Of a stretch of 64,000 bases of DNA, positions 12,400 through 26,700 are shown piece by piece. Source of the stretch: the human T2T-CHM13v2.0 reference genome, Homo sapiens; the NCBI RefSeq assembly GCF_009914755.1, contig NC_060933.1. One strand, written 5' to 3'. Positions within the stretch are counted from its first letter, which is position 1. The number at the start of each line of letters is the position of its first letter. The notes under the pieces are model-generated. The model made no database searches, had not been told where the DNA came from, and was given only the letters and a program-made list of their open reading frames with translations. The position numbers were made by a program, and so were the translations under genes.

Positions 12400-15300
12400 A
12401 TTCCATTCGATTCCATTCGATTGCACTCGGGTTGATTCCATTCCATTGCATTCCATTCCATTCCATTCCATTCCAATCCATTCCAATCCATTCCGTTCCA
12501 TTCCATTCCATTACATTCGGATTGATTCTATTCAATTCCCTTACACTCCATTACATTCCATTCCATTCAGGTAGTTTCCATTCCATTCCATTCCATTCCT
12601 CTCCATTCCATTGCACTCGGGTTGATTCCATTCCATTGCATTCCATTCCATTCCATTCAATTCAATTCCGTTCCATTCCATTCCATTACATTCGGATTGA
12701 TTCTATTCAACTCCCTTACTCTCCATTACATTCCATTCCGTTCGGGTTGTTCCATTCCATTCCATTCCATTCCACTCCATTCCATTGCACTCGGGTTTAT
12801 TCCATTCCATTCCATTCCATTCCATTCCATTCCATTCCGGAAAATTCCATTCCATTGCATTCCATTCCATTCCATTCCCCTGCACTCGCGTTGATTCCAT
12901 TCCATTCCATTCCATTCCATTCCATTCCATTCCATTCCATTCCATTCCTTTCCGTTCCATTCCATTCCATTCCATTCCATTCCATTCCGGAAAATTCCAT
13001 TCCATTCCATTCCATTCCATTCCATTCCATTCCCCTGCACTCCCGTTGATTCCATTCCATTCCATTCCATTCCATTCCATTCCACTCGTGTTGATTCCAT
13101 TCCTTTCCATTCCATTCGCTTTGAAGGCATTCCATTCCATTCCATTCCATTCCATTCCATTCCATTCCATTCCATTCCATTCCATTGTACTCGGGTTGAT
13201 TCCATTCCATTGCATTCCATTCCATTCCATTCCATTCCATTCCGTTGCATTCCATTCCATTACATTCGGATTGATTCTATTCAACTCCCTTACTCTCCAT
13301 TACATTCCATTCCATTCGGGTTGTTCCATTCCATTCCATTCCATTCCACTCCATTCCATTGCACTAGGGTTGATTCCATTCCATTCCATTCCATTCCATT
13401 CCGGATGATTCCATTCCATTGCATTCCGTTCCATTACATTCCCCTGCACTCGCGTTGATTCCATTCCATTCCATTCAATTCCATTCCATTACAATTCGTT
13501 CCATTCCATTCTATTCCGTACCATTCCATTCCATTCCATACCATTCCATTCCATTCCATTCCATTCCTTTCCGTTCCATTCCGTTCCATTGCATTCCATT
13601 CCATTCTATTCGGGTTAATTCCATTCCATTCCATTCCATTCCATTCTATTCCATTCCATTGCAATCGAGTTGAATCCATTGCATTTCATTCCATTCCATT
13701 CCATTCCATTCCATTCCACTTGAGTTGATTTCATTCCATTCCTTTCCATTCCATTCCATTCCTTTCCACTCGAGTTGATTCCATTCCATTCCATTCCATT
13801 GCATTCCATTCCATGCCATTCCACTCGGGTTAATTCCATTCCATTCCATTCCATTCCATTCCATTGCATTCCATTCCATTCCTTTCCCCTACACTCGGGT
13901 TGATTCCATTCCATTCCATTCCATTTAATTCCATTCCATTCCATTCCATTCCATTGCAATCCGTTCCATTCCATTCCATTCTATTCCATTGCAATCGACT
14001 TGATTCCATTCCATTCCATTACATTACATTCCATTCCATTACATTCCATTCCATTTTGTTCCAATCCATTCTATTCCGAACCATTCCTTTCCATTCAATT
14101 CCATTCCATTCCTTTCCATTCCATGCCATTCCACTCGGGTTGATTCCATTCCTTCCCATTCCATTCGGGTTGAATCCAATCCACTCCATTCCATTCCATT
14201 CGAATCCATTCCATTGCACTCGGGTTGATTCCATTCCATTCCATTCCATTCGATTCCATTCCATTCCATTCCATTCCGTTCAATTCCATTTCATTACATT
14301 CAGATTGATTCTATTCAATTCCCTTACACTCCATTATATTCCAATCCATTCTGGTTGTTTCCATTCCATTCCATTCCATTTCACTCCATTCCATTGCACT
14401 CGGTTTGATTCCATTCCATTCCATTCCATTCCATTCCGGATGATTCCATTCCATTGCATTCCATTCCATTCCATTCCCCTGCACTCGTGTTGATTCCATT
14501 ACCTTCCAATCCATTCCATTCTGTTCCATTCCATTCCATTCCATTCTATTCCGGTTAATTCCATTCAATTCCATTCCATTGCATTCCATTCCATTGCAAT
14601 CGAGTTGATTCCATTCCATTCCTTTCCATTCCATTCCATTGCCTTGCATTCCAATCGGGTTGATTCTATTCCCTTCTTTCCACTCCATTACATTCCCTTC
14701 CATTCCACTCGGAATGATTGATTCCATTCCATTCCATTCCATTTCATTCCGTTGCAATCCATTCCAATCTATTCCATTCCATTCCATTCCACTCGAGTTG
14801 ATTTCATTCCATTCCTTTCCATTCCATTCCATTCCTTTCCACTCGAGTTGATTCCATTCCATTCCATTCCATTGCATTACATTCCATGCCATTCCACTCG
14901 GGTTTATTCCATTCCTTTGCATTCCATTCCATTCCATTCCATTCCATTCCATTCCATTCCATTCCGTTGCATTCCATTCCATTACATTCGGATTGATTCT
15001 ATTCAACTCCCTTACTCTCCATTATATTCCATTCCATTCGGGATGTTCCATTCCATTCCATTCCATTACACTCCATTCCATTGTACTCGGGTTGATTCCA
15101 TTCCATTCCATTGCATTCCATTCCATTCCGGATGATTCCATTCCATTGCATTCCGTTCCATTACATTCCCCTGCACTCGCATTGATTCCATTCCATTCCA
15201 TTCCATTCCATTCAATTCCATTCCATTACAATTCGTTCCATTCCATTCTATTCCGTACCATTCCATTCCATTCCATACCATTCCATTCCATTCCATTCCA

Positions 15301-16310
15301 TTCCGTTCCATTCCGTTCCATTCCATTCCATTCCATTCTATTCGGGTTTATTCCACTCCATTCCATTCCATTCCATTCTATTCCATTCCATTGCAATCGA
15401 GTTGAATCCGTTGCATTTCATTCCATTCCATTCCATTCCATTCCATTCCGGAAGATTCCATTCCATTGCATTCCATTCCATTCCATTCCCCTGCACTCGC
15501 GTTGATTCCATTCCATTCCATTCCATTCCATTCCATTCCGTTCCGTTCCGTTCCGTTCCGTTCCATTCCATTCCATTCCATTCCATTCCATTCCGTTCCG
15601 TTCCATTCCATTCCATTCCATTCCATTCTATTCGGGTTAATTCCATTCCATTCCATTCGATTGCAATCATGTTGATTCCATTCCATTCCATTCCATTCCA
15701 TTCCATTCCATTCCATTCCTTTCCATTCCATTACTGATGATTCCATTCCATTGCATTCCATTCGATTCCATTCCCCTGTACTCGGGTTGAATCCATTCCA
15801 TTGCATTCCAATCCATGCCCTTCCACTCGTGTTGATTCCATTCTTTCTATTCCATTCAAGTTGAATCCATTCCATTGCATTCCATTCCATTCGATTCCAT
15901 TCGGCTGCACTCAGGTTGATTCCATTCCATTGCATTCCATTCCATTCCATTCCATTCCATTCCATTCCATTCCATTCCGTTCCTTTCCATTCCATTACAT
16001 TCGGATTGATTCTATTCAATTCACTTACACTCCATTACATTCCATTCCATTCGGGTAGTTTCCATTCCATTCCTCTCCATTCCATTGCACTCGGGTTGAT
16101 TCCATTCCATTGCATTCCATTCCATTCCATTCCATTCCATTCCACTCCATTCCATTGCACTCGTGTTTATTCCATTCCATTCCATTCCATTCCATTCCAT
16201 TCAATTCCATTCCGTTCCGGAAGATTCCATTCCATTGCATTCCATTCCATTCCATACCCCTGCACTCGCGTTGATTCCATTCCATTCCATTCCATTCCAT
16301 TCCATTCCAT
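12400..16310 (-). repeat. ~4 kb dispersed direct duplication, copy 1
   Basis: Shares rare variants in the same order with 31285-35460: CCGGAAAATT, CTGCACTCCCGTTGA, GCACTAGGGTT, CCCTACACTCGGG, CCATTTTGTTCCAATCC, CATTACCTTC. Offset is ~18.9-19.1 kb. Confidence 0.87.
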
Positions 16311-19300
16311 TCCATTCTATTCCATTCCATTTCAATCGAGCTGAATCCATTGCATTTCATTCCATTCCATTCCATTCCATTCCATTCCATTCCGGAAGAT
16401 TCCATTCCATTGCATTCCATTCCATTCCATTCCCCTGCACTCGCGTTGATTCCATTCCATTCCATTCCATTCCATTCCATTCCATTCCGTTCCGTTCCGT
16501 TCCGTTCCATTGCATTCCATTCCATTCCATTCCATTCCGTTCCGTTCCATTCCATTCCCTTCCATTCTATTCGGGTTAATTCCATTCCATTCCATTCGAT
16601 TGCAATCGAGTTGATTCCATTCCATTCCTTTCCATTCCATTCCATTCCATTCTATTCGGGTTAATTCCATTCCATTCCATTCGATTGCAATCGAGATGAT
16701 TCCATTCCATTCCATTCCATTCCATTCCATTCCATTCCATTCCATTCCATTCCATTGCACACGGGTTCATTCCATTCCATTCCATTCCATTCCATTCCAT
16801 TCCATTCCATTCCATTCCATTCCATTCCGTTCCGTTCCATTCCATTCCATTCCATTCCATTCTATTCGTGTTAATTCCATTCCATTCTATTCCATTCCAT
16901 TCCATTGAAATCGAGTTGATTCCATTCCATTCCATTCCATTCCATTCCATTCCGGATGATTCCATTGCATTGGATTCCATTCCATTCCATTCCCCTGCAC
17001 TCGGGATGATTCCATTCGATTCCATTGCATTACATTCCGTTCCATTCCGTTCCATTTCATTCTATTCGGGTTAATTCCATTCCATTGCCTTCCACTCCAT
17101 TCCAGTCCTTTCCATTCCATTCCACTCGGGTTGATTCCATTCTATTCCTTTCCATTCCATTCCATTCCATTGCAATCGAGTTGATTCCATTCGAGTTGAA
17201 TCCATTCCATTCCATTCCATTCCATTGCACACGGGTTCATTCCATTCCATTCCATTCCATTCCATTCCATTCAATTTCATTCCATTCCATTCTATTCCGT
17301 ACCATTCTATTCCATCCCATTCCATTCCGTTCCATTCCATGCCATTACACTCGGGTTGAATCCATTCCTTTCCATTCCATTCTTGTTGAATCCATTCCAT
17401 TTCATTCCATTCCATTCGAATCCATTCCATTGCACTCGGGTTGATTCCATTCCATTCCATTCTGTTCCATTCCATTCCATTCCATTCCATTACATTCGGA
17501 TTGATTCTATTCAATTCTCTTAAACTCCATTACATTCCATTCCATTCGGGATGTTTCCATTCCATTCCATTCCATTCCACTCCATTCCATTGCATCAGGT
17601 TGATGGCATTCCATTCCATTCAATTCCATTCCGGATGATTCCATTCTATTGCATTCCATTCCATTCCATTCCCCTGCACTCGGGTTGATTCCATTCCATT
17701 CCATTCCATTCCATTCCATTCCATTCCATTCCGTTCCATTCCATTCCATTCCATTCTATTCCGGTTAATTCCATTCCATTACATTCGATTCCATTCCATT
17801 CCCTTCCATTCCATTGCAATCGAGTTGATTCCATTCCATTCCATTCCATTCCATTCCGTTCCGGATGATTCCATTCCATTCCATTCCATTCCATTCCATT
17901 CCATTCCCCTGCAGTCGGGTTGATTCCATTCCATTCCATTCCATTCCATTCCATTCCATTCCGTTCCATTCCATTCCATTCCATTCTATTCGGGTTAATT
18001 CCATTCCATTCCATTCCATTCCATTCCAATCGAGTTGATTCCATTCCATTCCATTCCATTCCATTCCATTCCACTCCATTCCAGTCCTTTCCATTCCATT
18101 ACACTCGGGTTGATTCCATTCTATTCCTTTCCATTCCATTCCATTCCATTGCAATCGAGTTGATTCCATTGCTTTGCATTCCATTCCATTCCATTCCATT
18201 CCGGATGATTCCATTCCGTTGCATTCCGTTCCATTACATTCCCCTGCACTCGGGTTGATTCCATTCCATTCCATTCCATTCCATTCGATTCCATTCCATT
18301 CCCCTGCACTCGCGTTGATTCCATTCCATTCCATTCCATTCCATTCCATTCCATTCCATTCCATTCCATTCCATTCCTTTCCGTTCCATTCCATTCCATT
18401 CCGTTCCGTTCCATTCCATTCCATTCCATTCTATTCGCGTTAATTCCATTCCATTCCATTCGATTGCAATCGAGTTTATTCCATTCCATTCCATTCCACT
18501 CCATTCCATTCCATTCCATTCCATTCTATTCCATTCCATTCCTTTCCATTCCATTACGGATGATTCTATTCCATTGCATTCCATTCCATTCCATTCTCCT
18601 GTACTCGGGTTGATTCCATTCCATTCCATTCCAATCCATGCCATTCCACTCGTGTTGATTCCATTCTTTCCTTTCCATTCAAGTTGAATCCATTCCATTG
18701 CATTCCATTCCATTCGATTCCATTCGATTGCACTCGGGTTGATTCCATTCCATTGCATTCCATTCCATTCCATTCCATTCCATTCCATTCCGTTCCATTC
18801 CATTTCATTACATTCAGATTGATTCTATTCAATTCCCTTACACTCCATTATATTCCAACCCATTCTGGTTGTTTCCATTCCATTCCATTCCATTTCACTC
18901 CATTCCTTTGCACTCGGGTTGATTCCATTCCATTCCATTCCATTCCATTGCGGATGATTCCATTCCATTGCATTCCATTCCATTCCATTCCCCTGCACTC
19001 GGGTTGATTCCATTCCAGTCCATTACATTACATTCCGTTCCATTACATTCCATTCCATTCGGATTGATTCTATTCAATTCCCTTACACTTCATTACATTC
19101 CATGCCATTCGGGTAGTTTCCATTCCATTCCATTCCTTTCCTGTCTATTCCATTGCACTCGGGTTGATTCCATTCCATTCCATTCCATTCCATTCCATTC
19201 CATTCCATTCCATTGTACTCGGGTTGATTCCATTCCATTGCATTCCATTCAATTCCATTCCATTCCATTCCGTTCCATTCCATTCCATTACATTCGGATT

Positions 19301-20749
19301 GATTCTATTCAACTCCCTTACTCTCCATTCCATTCCATTCCATTCGGGTTGTTCCATTCCATTCCATTCCATTCCAATCCATTCCATTGCACTCGGGTTG
19401 GTTCCATTCCATTCTATTCCATTCCATTCCATTCCATTCCATTCCATTCCATTCGATTCCATTCCATTCGATTCCATTCCATTCCAATTCTTTCCATTCC
19501 ATTCTATTCTGTACCATTCCATTCCATTCCATACAATTCCATTCCATTCCATTCCATTCCATTCCATTCCATTCCATTCCATTCCATTCGGTTCCGTTCC
19601 GTTCCGTTCAGTTCCATACCATTCCATTCCATTCTATTCGGGTTAATTCCATTCCATTCCATTCCATTCCATTCCATTCCATTCCATTCCATTCTATTCC
19701 ATTTCATTGCAATCGAGTTGAATCCATTGCATTCCATTCCATTCCATTCCATTCCATTCCATTCCTTTCCATTCCATTACGGATGATTCCATTCCATTGC
19801 ATTACATTCCATTCCATTCCCCTGTACTCGGGTTGATTCCATTCCATTCCATTCCATTCCATTCTATTCCATTCCATTCCATTCCATTCTGGCAGATTCC
19901 ATTCCATTTCATTCCATTCCATTCCATTCCCCTGCACTCGCGTTGATTCCTTTCCATTCCATTCCATTCCATTCCATTCCGTTCCGTTCTGTTCCATTCC
20001 ATTCCATTCCGTTCCGTTCCGTTCCGTTCCGTTCCATTCCATTCCATTCCATTCTACTCGGGTTAATTCCATTCCATTCCATTCCATTCCATTCCATACC
20101 AATCGAGTTGATTCCATTCCATTATATTCCATTCCATTCCATTCCATTCCATTCCACTCCATTCCAGTCCTTTCCTTTCCATTCCACTCGGGTTGATTCC
20201 AATGTATTCCTTTCCATTCCATTCCATTCCATTGCATTCCGTTCCATTACATTCCCCTGCACTCGCGTTGATTCCATTCCATTCCATTCCATTCCATTCA
20301 ATTCCATTCCATTACAATTCGTTCCATTCCATTCTATTCCGTAACATTCCATTCCATTCCATTCCAATCGAGTTGATTCCATTCCATTCCATTCCATTCC
20401 ATTCCACTCCATTCCAGTCCATTCCATTCCATTCCACTCGGGTTGATTCCAATGTATTCCTTTCCATTCCATTCCATTCCATTGCAATCGAGTTGATTCC
20501 ATTGCTTTGCATTCCATTCCATTCCATTCCATTCCGGATGATTCCATTCCATTGCATTCCATTCCATTCCATTCCCCTGCACTCGGGTGGATTCCATTCC
20601 ATTCCACTCCATTCCGTACCATTCCATTCCATTCCATTCCATTGTATTCGGGTTAATTCCATTCCATTCCATTCCACTCCATTCCGTACCATTCCATTCC
20701 ATTCCATTCCATTGTATTCGGGTTAATTCCATTCCATTCCATTCCATTC

Positions 20750-23700
20750 CATTCCATTGCAATCGAGTTGATTCCATTTCATTCCATTCCATTCCATTCC
20801 ATTACATTCCATTCCAATCGAGTTGATTCCATTCCATTTCATTCCATTCCATTCCATTCCATTCCATTCCATTCCAGTCCTTTCCATTCCATTCCACTCG
20901 GGTTGATTCCATTCTATTAGTTTCCATTCCATTCCATTCTCTTCCATTCCACTCTGGGTGATTCCATTCCTTTCCATTCCACTCGAATACATTCCCTCCT
21001 ATTCTACTCGGAACGACTCCATTCCATTCCATTCCATTCCATTCCATTCCATTCCATTCCATTCCATTTCGTTCCATTCCATTCTGTTCCGTATCATTCC
21101 ATTCCATTCCATTCCATTCCCTTCCATTCCATTCCATTCCTTTACATTCCACTCGTGTTGATTCCATTCCTTTCCATTCCATTCGGTTTGAAGGCATTCC
21201 ATTCCATTCCATTCCATTCCATTCCATTCCATTGCATTGTACTCGGGTTGATTCCATTCCATTGCATTCCATTCCATTCCAATCCGTTGCATTCCATTCC
21301 ATTACATTCGGATTGATTCTATTCAACTCCCTTACTCTCCATTACATTCCATTCCATTCGGGTTGTTCCATTCCATTCCATTCCATTCCACTCCATTCCA
21401 TTGCACTCGGGTTGATTCCATTCCATTCCATTCCATTCCATTCCATTCCATTCCGGATGATTCCGTTCCATTGCATTCCGTTCCATTACATTCCCCTGCA
21501 CTCGCGTTGATTCCATTCCATTCCATTCCATTCAATTCCATTCCATTAAAATTCGTTCCATTCCATTCTATTCTGTACCATTCCATTCCATTCCATACCA
21601 TTCCATTCCATTCCATTCCATTCCATTCCATTCCATTCCGTTCCGTTCCATTCCGTTACATTCCATTCCATTCCATTCTATTCGGGTTAATTCCATTCCA
21701 TTCCATTCCAATCTATTCCATTCCATTGCAATCGAGTTGAATCCATTGCATTTCATTCCAATCCATTCCATTCCATTCCATTGCAATCGAGTTGAATCCA
21801 TTGCATTTCATTCCATTCCATTCCATTCCATTCCATTCCGGAAGATTCCATTCCATTGCATTCCATTCCATTCCATTCCCCTGCACTCGCGTTGATTCCA
21901 TTCCATTCCATTCCATTCCATTCCATTCCGTTGCGTTCCGTTCCATTTCATTCCATTCCATTCCATTCCATTCCGTTCCGTTCCATTCCATTCCATTCCA
22001 TTCTATTCGGGTTAATTCCATTCCATTCCATTCGATTGCAATCGAGTTGATTCCATTCCATTCCATTCCATTCCGTTCCGGATGATTCCATTCTATTGCA
22101 TTCCATTCCATTCCATTCCGTTCCATTCCATTCCATTCCATTCTATTCGGGTTAATTCCTTTCCATTCCTTTCCATTCCATTCCATTCCATTCCAATCGA
22201 GTTGATTCCATTCCATTCCATTCCATTCCATTCCATTCCACTCCATTCCAGTCCTTTCCATTCCATTACACTCGGGTTGATTCCGTTCTATTCCTTTCCA
22301 TTCCATTCCATTCCATTTCAATCGAGTTGATTCCATTGCTTTGCATTCCATTCCATTCCATTCCATTCCATTACAATGTAGTTGATTCCATTCAATTCCA
22401 TTCCATTCCATTCCATTCCAGTCCTTTCCATTCCATTCCACTCGGGTTGATTCCATTCTATTAGTTTCCATTCCACTCCATTCCCTTCCATTCCAATCTG
22501 GTTGATTCCATTCCTTTCCATTCCACTCGAATACATTCCCTCCTATTCCACTCAGAACGATTCCATTCCATTCCATTCCATTCCATTCCATTCCATTCCA
22601 TTCCAGTTCGTTCCATTCCATTCTATTCCGTACCATTCTATTCCATTCCATTCCTTTCCATTCCATTCCATTCCACTCGTGGTGATTCCATTCCTTTCCA
22701 TTCCATTCGGTTTGAAGGCATTCCATTCCATTCAATTCCATTCCATTCCATTCCATTCCATTCCATTCCATTCCATTCCATTCCATTGTACTCGAGTTGA
22801 TTCCATTCCATTGCATTCAATTCCATTCCATTCCATTCCATTGTACTCGAGTTGATTCCATTCCATTGCATTCCATTCCATTCCATTCCATTCCATTCCG
22901 TTGCATTCCATTCCATTACATTCGGATTGATTCTATTCAACTCCCTTACTCTCCATTACATTCCATTCCATTCGGGTTGTTCCATTCCATTCCATTCCAT
23001 TCCACTCCATTCCATTGCACTCGGGTTGATTCCATTCCATTCCATTCCATTCCATTCCATTCCGGGTGATTCCATTCCATAGCATTCCGTTCCATTACAT
23101 TCCCCTGCACTCGCGTTGATTCCATTCCATTCCATTCCATTCCATTCCATTCCATTCCATTCCATTCCTTTCCATTCCAGTCCTTTCCATTCCATTCCAC
23201 TCGGGTTGATTCCATTCTATTAGTTTCCATTCCATTCCATTCCCTTCCATTCCACTTTGGTTGATTCCATTCCTTTCCATTCCACTCGAATACATTCCCT
23301 CCTATTCCACTCGGAACGATTCCATTCCATTCCATTCCATTCCATTCCATTCCATTCCATTTCCTTCCATTCCATTCTATTCCGTACCTTTCCATTCCAT
23401 TCCATTCCTTTCCATTCCATTCCATTCCATTCCACTCTTGTTGATTCCATTCCTTTCCATTCCATTCGGTTTGAACGCATTCCATTCCATTCAATTCCAT
23501 TCCATTCCATTCCATTCCATTCCATTCCATTCCATTCCATTGTACTCGGGTTGATTCCATTCCATTGCATTCCATTCCATTCCATTCCATTCCATTCCAT
23601 TCCGTTGCATTCCATTCCATTACATTCGGACTGATTCTATTCAACTCTCTTACTCTCCATTCCATTCCATTCCATTCGGGTTGTTCCATTCCATTCCATT

Positions 23701-26700
23701 CCATTCCACTCCATTCCATTGCACTCGGGTTGATTCCATTCCATTCCATTCCATACCATTCCATTCCATTCCATTCCATTCCATTCCGTTCCATTCCGTT
23801 CCATTCCATTCCATTCCATTCCATTCCATTCCGTTCCATTCCATTCCATTACATTCGGATTGATTCTATTCAATTCCCTTACACTCCATTACATTCCATT
23901 CCATTCGGGTAGTTTCCATTCCATTCCTCTCCATTCCATTGCACTCGGGTTGATTCCATTTCATTCCATTCCATTCCGGAAGATTCCATTCCATTGCATT
24001 CCATTATATTCCATTCCCCTGCACTCGCGTTGATTCCATTCCATTCCATTCCATTCCATTGCGTTCCATTGCATTCCATTGCATTCCATTCCCCTGCACT
24101 CAGGTTGATTCCATTCCATTCCATTCCATTCCATTCCATTCCATTCCATTCTATTCGCGTTAATTCCATTCCACTCCATTCCATTACATTCCATTGCAAT
24201 GGACTTGATTCCATTCCATTCCATTCCATTCCATTCAAGTCCTTTCCATTCCATTCCACTCGTGTTGATTCCATTTTATTAGTTTCCATTCCATTCCATT
24301 CCCTTCCATTCCACTCTGGTTGATTCCATTCCTTTCCATTCCACTCGAATTCATTCCCTTCTATTCCACTCGGAATGATTCCATTCCATTCCGTTCCATT
24401 CCATTCCATTCCATTCCATTTCGTTCCATTCCATTTTATTCCGTACCATTCCATTCCATTCCATTCCATTCCATTCCATTCCATTCCATGCCATTCCACT
24501 CGGGTTGATTCCATTGCTTTCCATTCCATTTGGGTTGAATCCATTCCATTCCATTCCATTCCATTCCATTCCATTCCATTCCATTCCATTCAATTGCACT
24601 AGGTTTGATTCCATTCCACTGCATTCCATTCCATTCCATTCCATTCCATTCCATTCCATTCCATTCCATTCCCTTCCCCTGCACTCGGGTTCATTCCATT
24701 CCATTCCATTTACTTCCATTCCATTCCATTCCATTCTATTACATTCTATTCGGATTACTTCCATTCCATTCCATTCCATTCCATTCCATTCCATTCCATT
24801 CCATTGCAATCGAGTTGATTCCATTCCATTCCATTCCATTCCATTCCGGATGATTCCATTCCATTGCCTTCAATTCCATTCCATTCCCCTGCACTCGGGT
24901 TGATTCCATTCCATTCCATTCCATTCCATTCCATTCCATTTCATTCCGTTACATTTCGTTCCATTCCATTCTATTCCGTACCATTCCATTCCATTCCATT
25001 CCATTCCATTCCATTCTATTCTATTCGGGTTAATTCCATTCCATTCCTTTCCATTCCATTCCATTCCATTCCATTCCATTCCATTCCATTGCAATCGAGT
25101 TGATTCCATTCCATTCCATTCAATTCCGGATGATTCCATTCCATTGCCTTCAATTCCATTCCATTCCCCTGCACTCGGGTTGATTCCATTCCATTCCATT
25201 CCATTTCATTCCATTCCATTTCGTTCCATTCCATTCTATTCCGTACCATTCCATTCCATTCCATTCCATTCCATTGCAATCGAGTTGATTCCATTTCATT
25301 CCATTCCATTCCATTCCATTCCATTCCAATCGAGTTGATTCCATTCCATTTCATTCCATTCCATTCCATTCCATTCCATTCCATTCCAGTCCTTTCCATT
25401 CAATTCCACTCGGGTTGATTCCATTCTATTAGTTTCCATTCCATTCCATTCTCTTCCATTCCACTCTGGGTGATTCCATTCCTTTCCATTCCACTCGAAT
25501 ACATTCCCTCCTATTCTACTCGGAACGACTCCATTCCATTCCATTCCATTCCATTCCATTCCATTCCATTCCATTCCATTTCGTTCCATTCCATTCTGTT
25601 CCGTATCATTCCATTCCATTCCATTCCCTTCCCTTCCATTCCATTCCATTCCATTACATTCCACTCGTGTTGATTCCATTCCTTTCCATTCCATTCGGTT
25701 TGAAGGCATTCCATTCCATTCCATTCCATTCCATTCCATTCCATTGCATTGTACTCGGGTTGATTCCATTCCATTGCATTCCATTCCATTCCAATCCGTT
25801 GCATTCCATTCCATTACATTCGGATTGATTCTATTCAACTCCCTTACTCTCCATTACATTCCATTCCATTCGGGTTGTTGCATTCCATTCCATTCCATTC
25901 CACTCCATTCCATTGCACTCGGGTTGATTCCATTCCATTCCATTCCATTCCATTCCATTCCATTCCGGATGATTCCGTTCCATTGCATTCCGTTCCATTA
26001 CATTCCCCTGCACTCGCGTTGATTCCATTCCATTCCATTCCATTCAATTCCATTCCATTACAATTCGTTCCATTCCATTCTATTCTGTACCATTCCATTC
26101 CATTCCATACCATTCCATTCCATTCCATTCCATTCCGTTCCGTTCCATTCCGTTACATTCCATTCCATTCCATTCTATTCGGGTTAATTCCATTCCATTC
26201 CATTCCAATCTATTCCATTCCATTGCAATCGAGTTGAATCCATTGCATTTCATTCCATTCCATTCCATTCCATTCCATTGCAATCGAGTTGAATCCATTG
26301 CATTTCATTCCATTCCATTCCATTCCATTCCATTCCGGAAGATTCCATTCCATTGCATTCCATTCCATTCCATTCCCCTGCACTCGCGTTGATTCCATTC
26401 CATTCCATTCCATTCCATTCCATTCCGTTGCGTTCCGTTCCATTTCATTCCATTCCATTCCATTCCATTCCGTTCCGTTCCATTCCATTCCATTCCATTC
26501 TATTCGGGTTAATTCCATTCCATTCCATTCGATTGCAATCGAGTTGATTCCATTCCATTCCATTCCATTCCGTTCCGGATGATTCCATTCTATTGCATTC
26601 CATTCCATTCCATTCCCCTGCAGTCGGGTTGATTCCATTCCATTCCATTCCATTCCGTTCCATTCCATTCCATTCCATTCTATTCGGGTTAATTCCTTTC

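Noticed and set aside
12416-12431. CENP-B box-like TTCGATTGCACTCGGG
   Set aside because: It has five bases between TTCG and A instead of the four in TTCGNNNNANNCGGG, and no 171-bp alpha-satellite is present.
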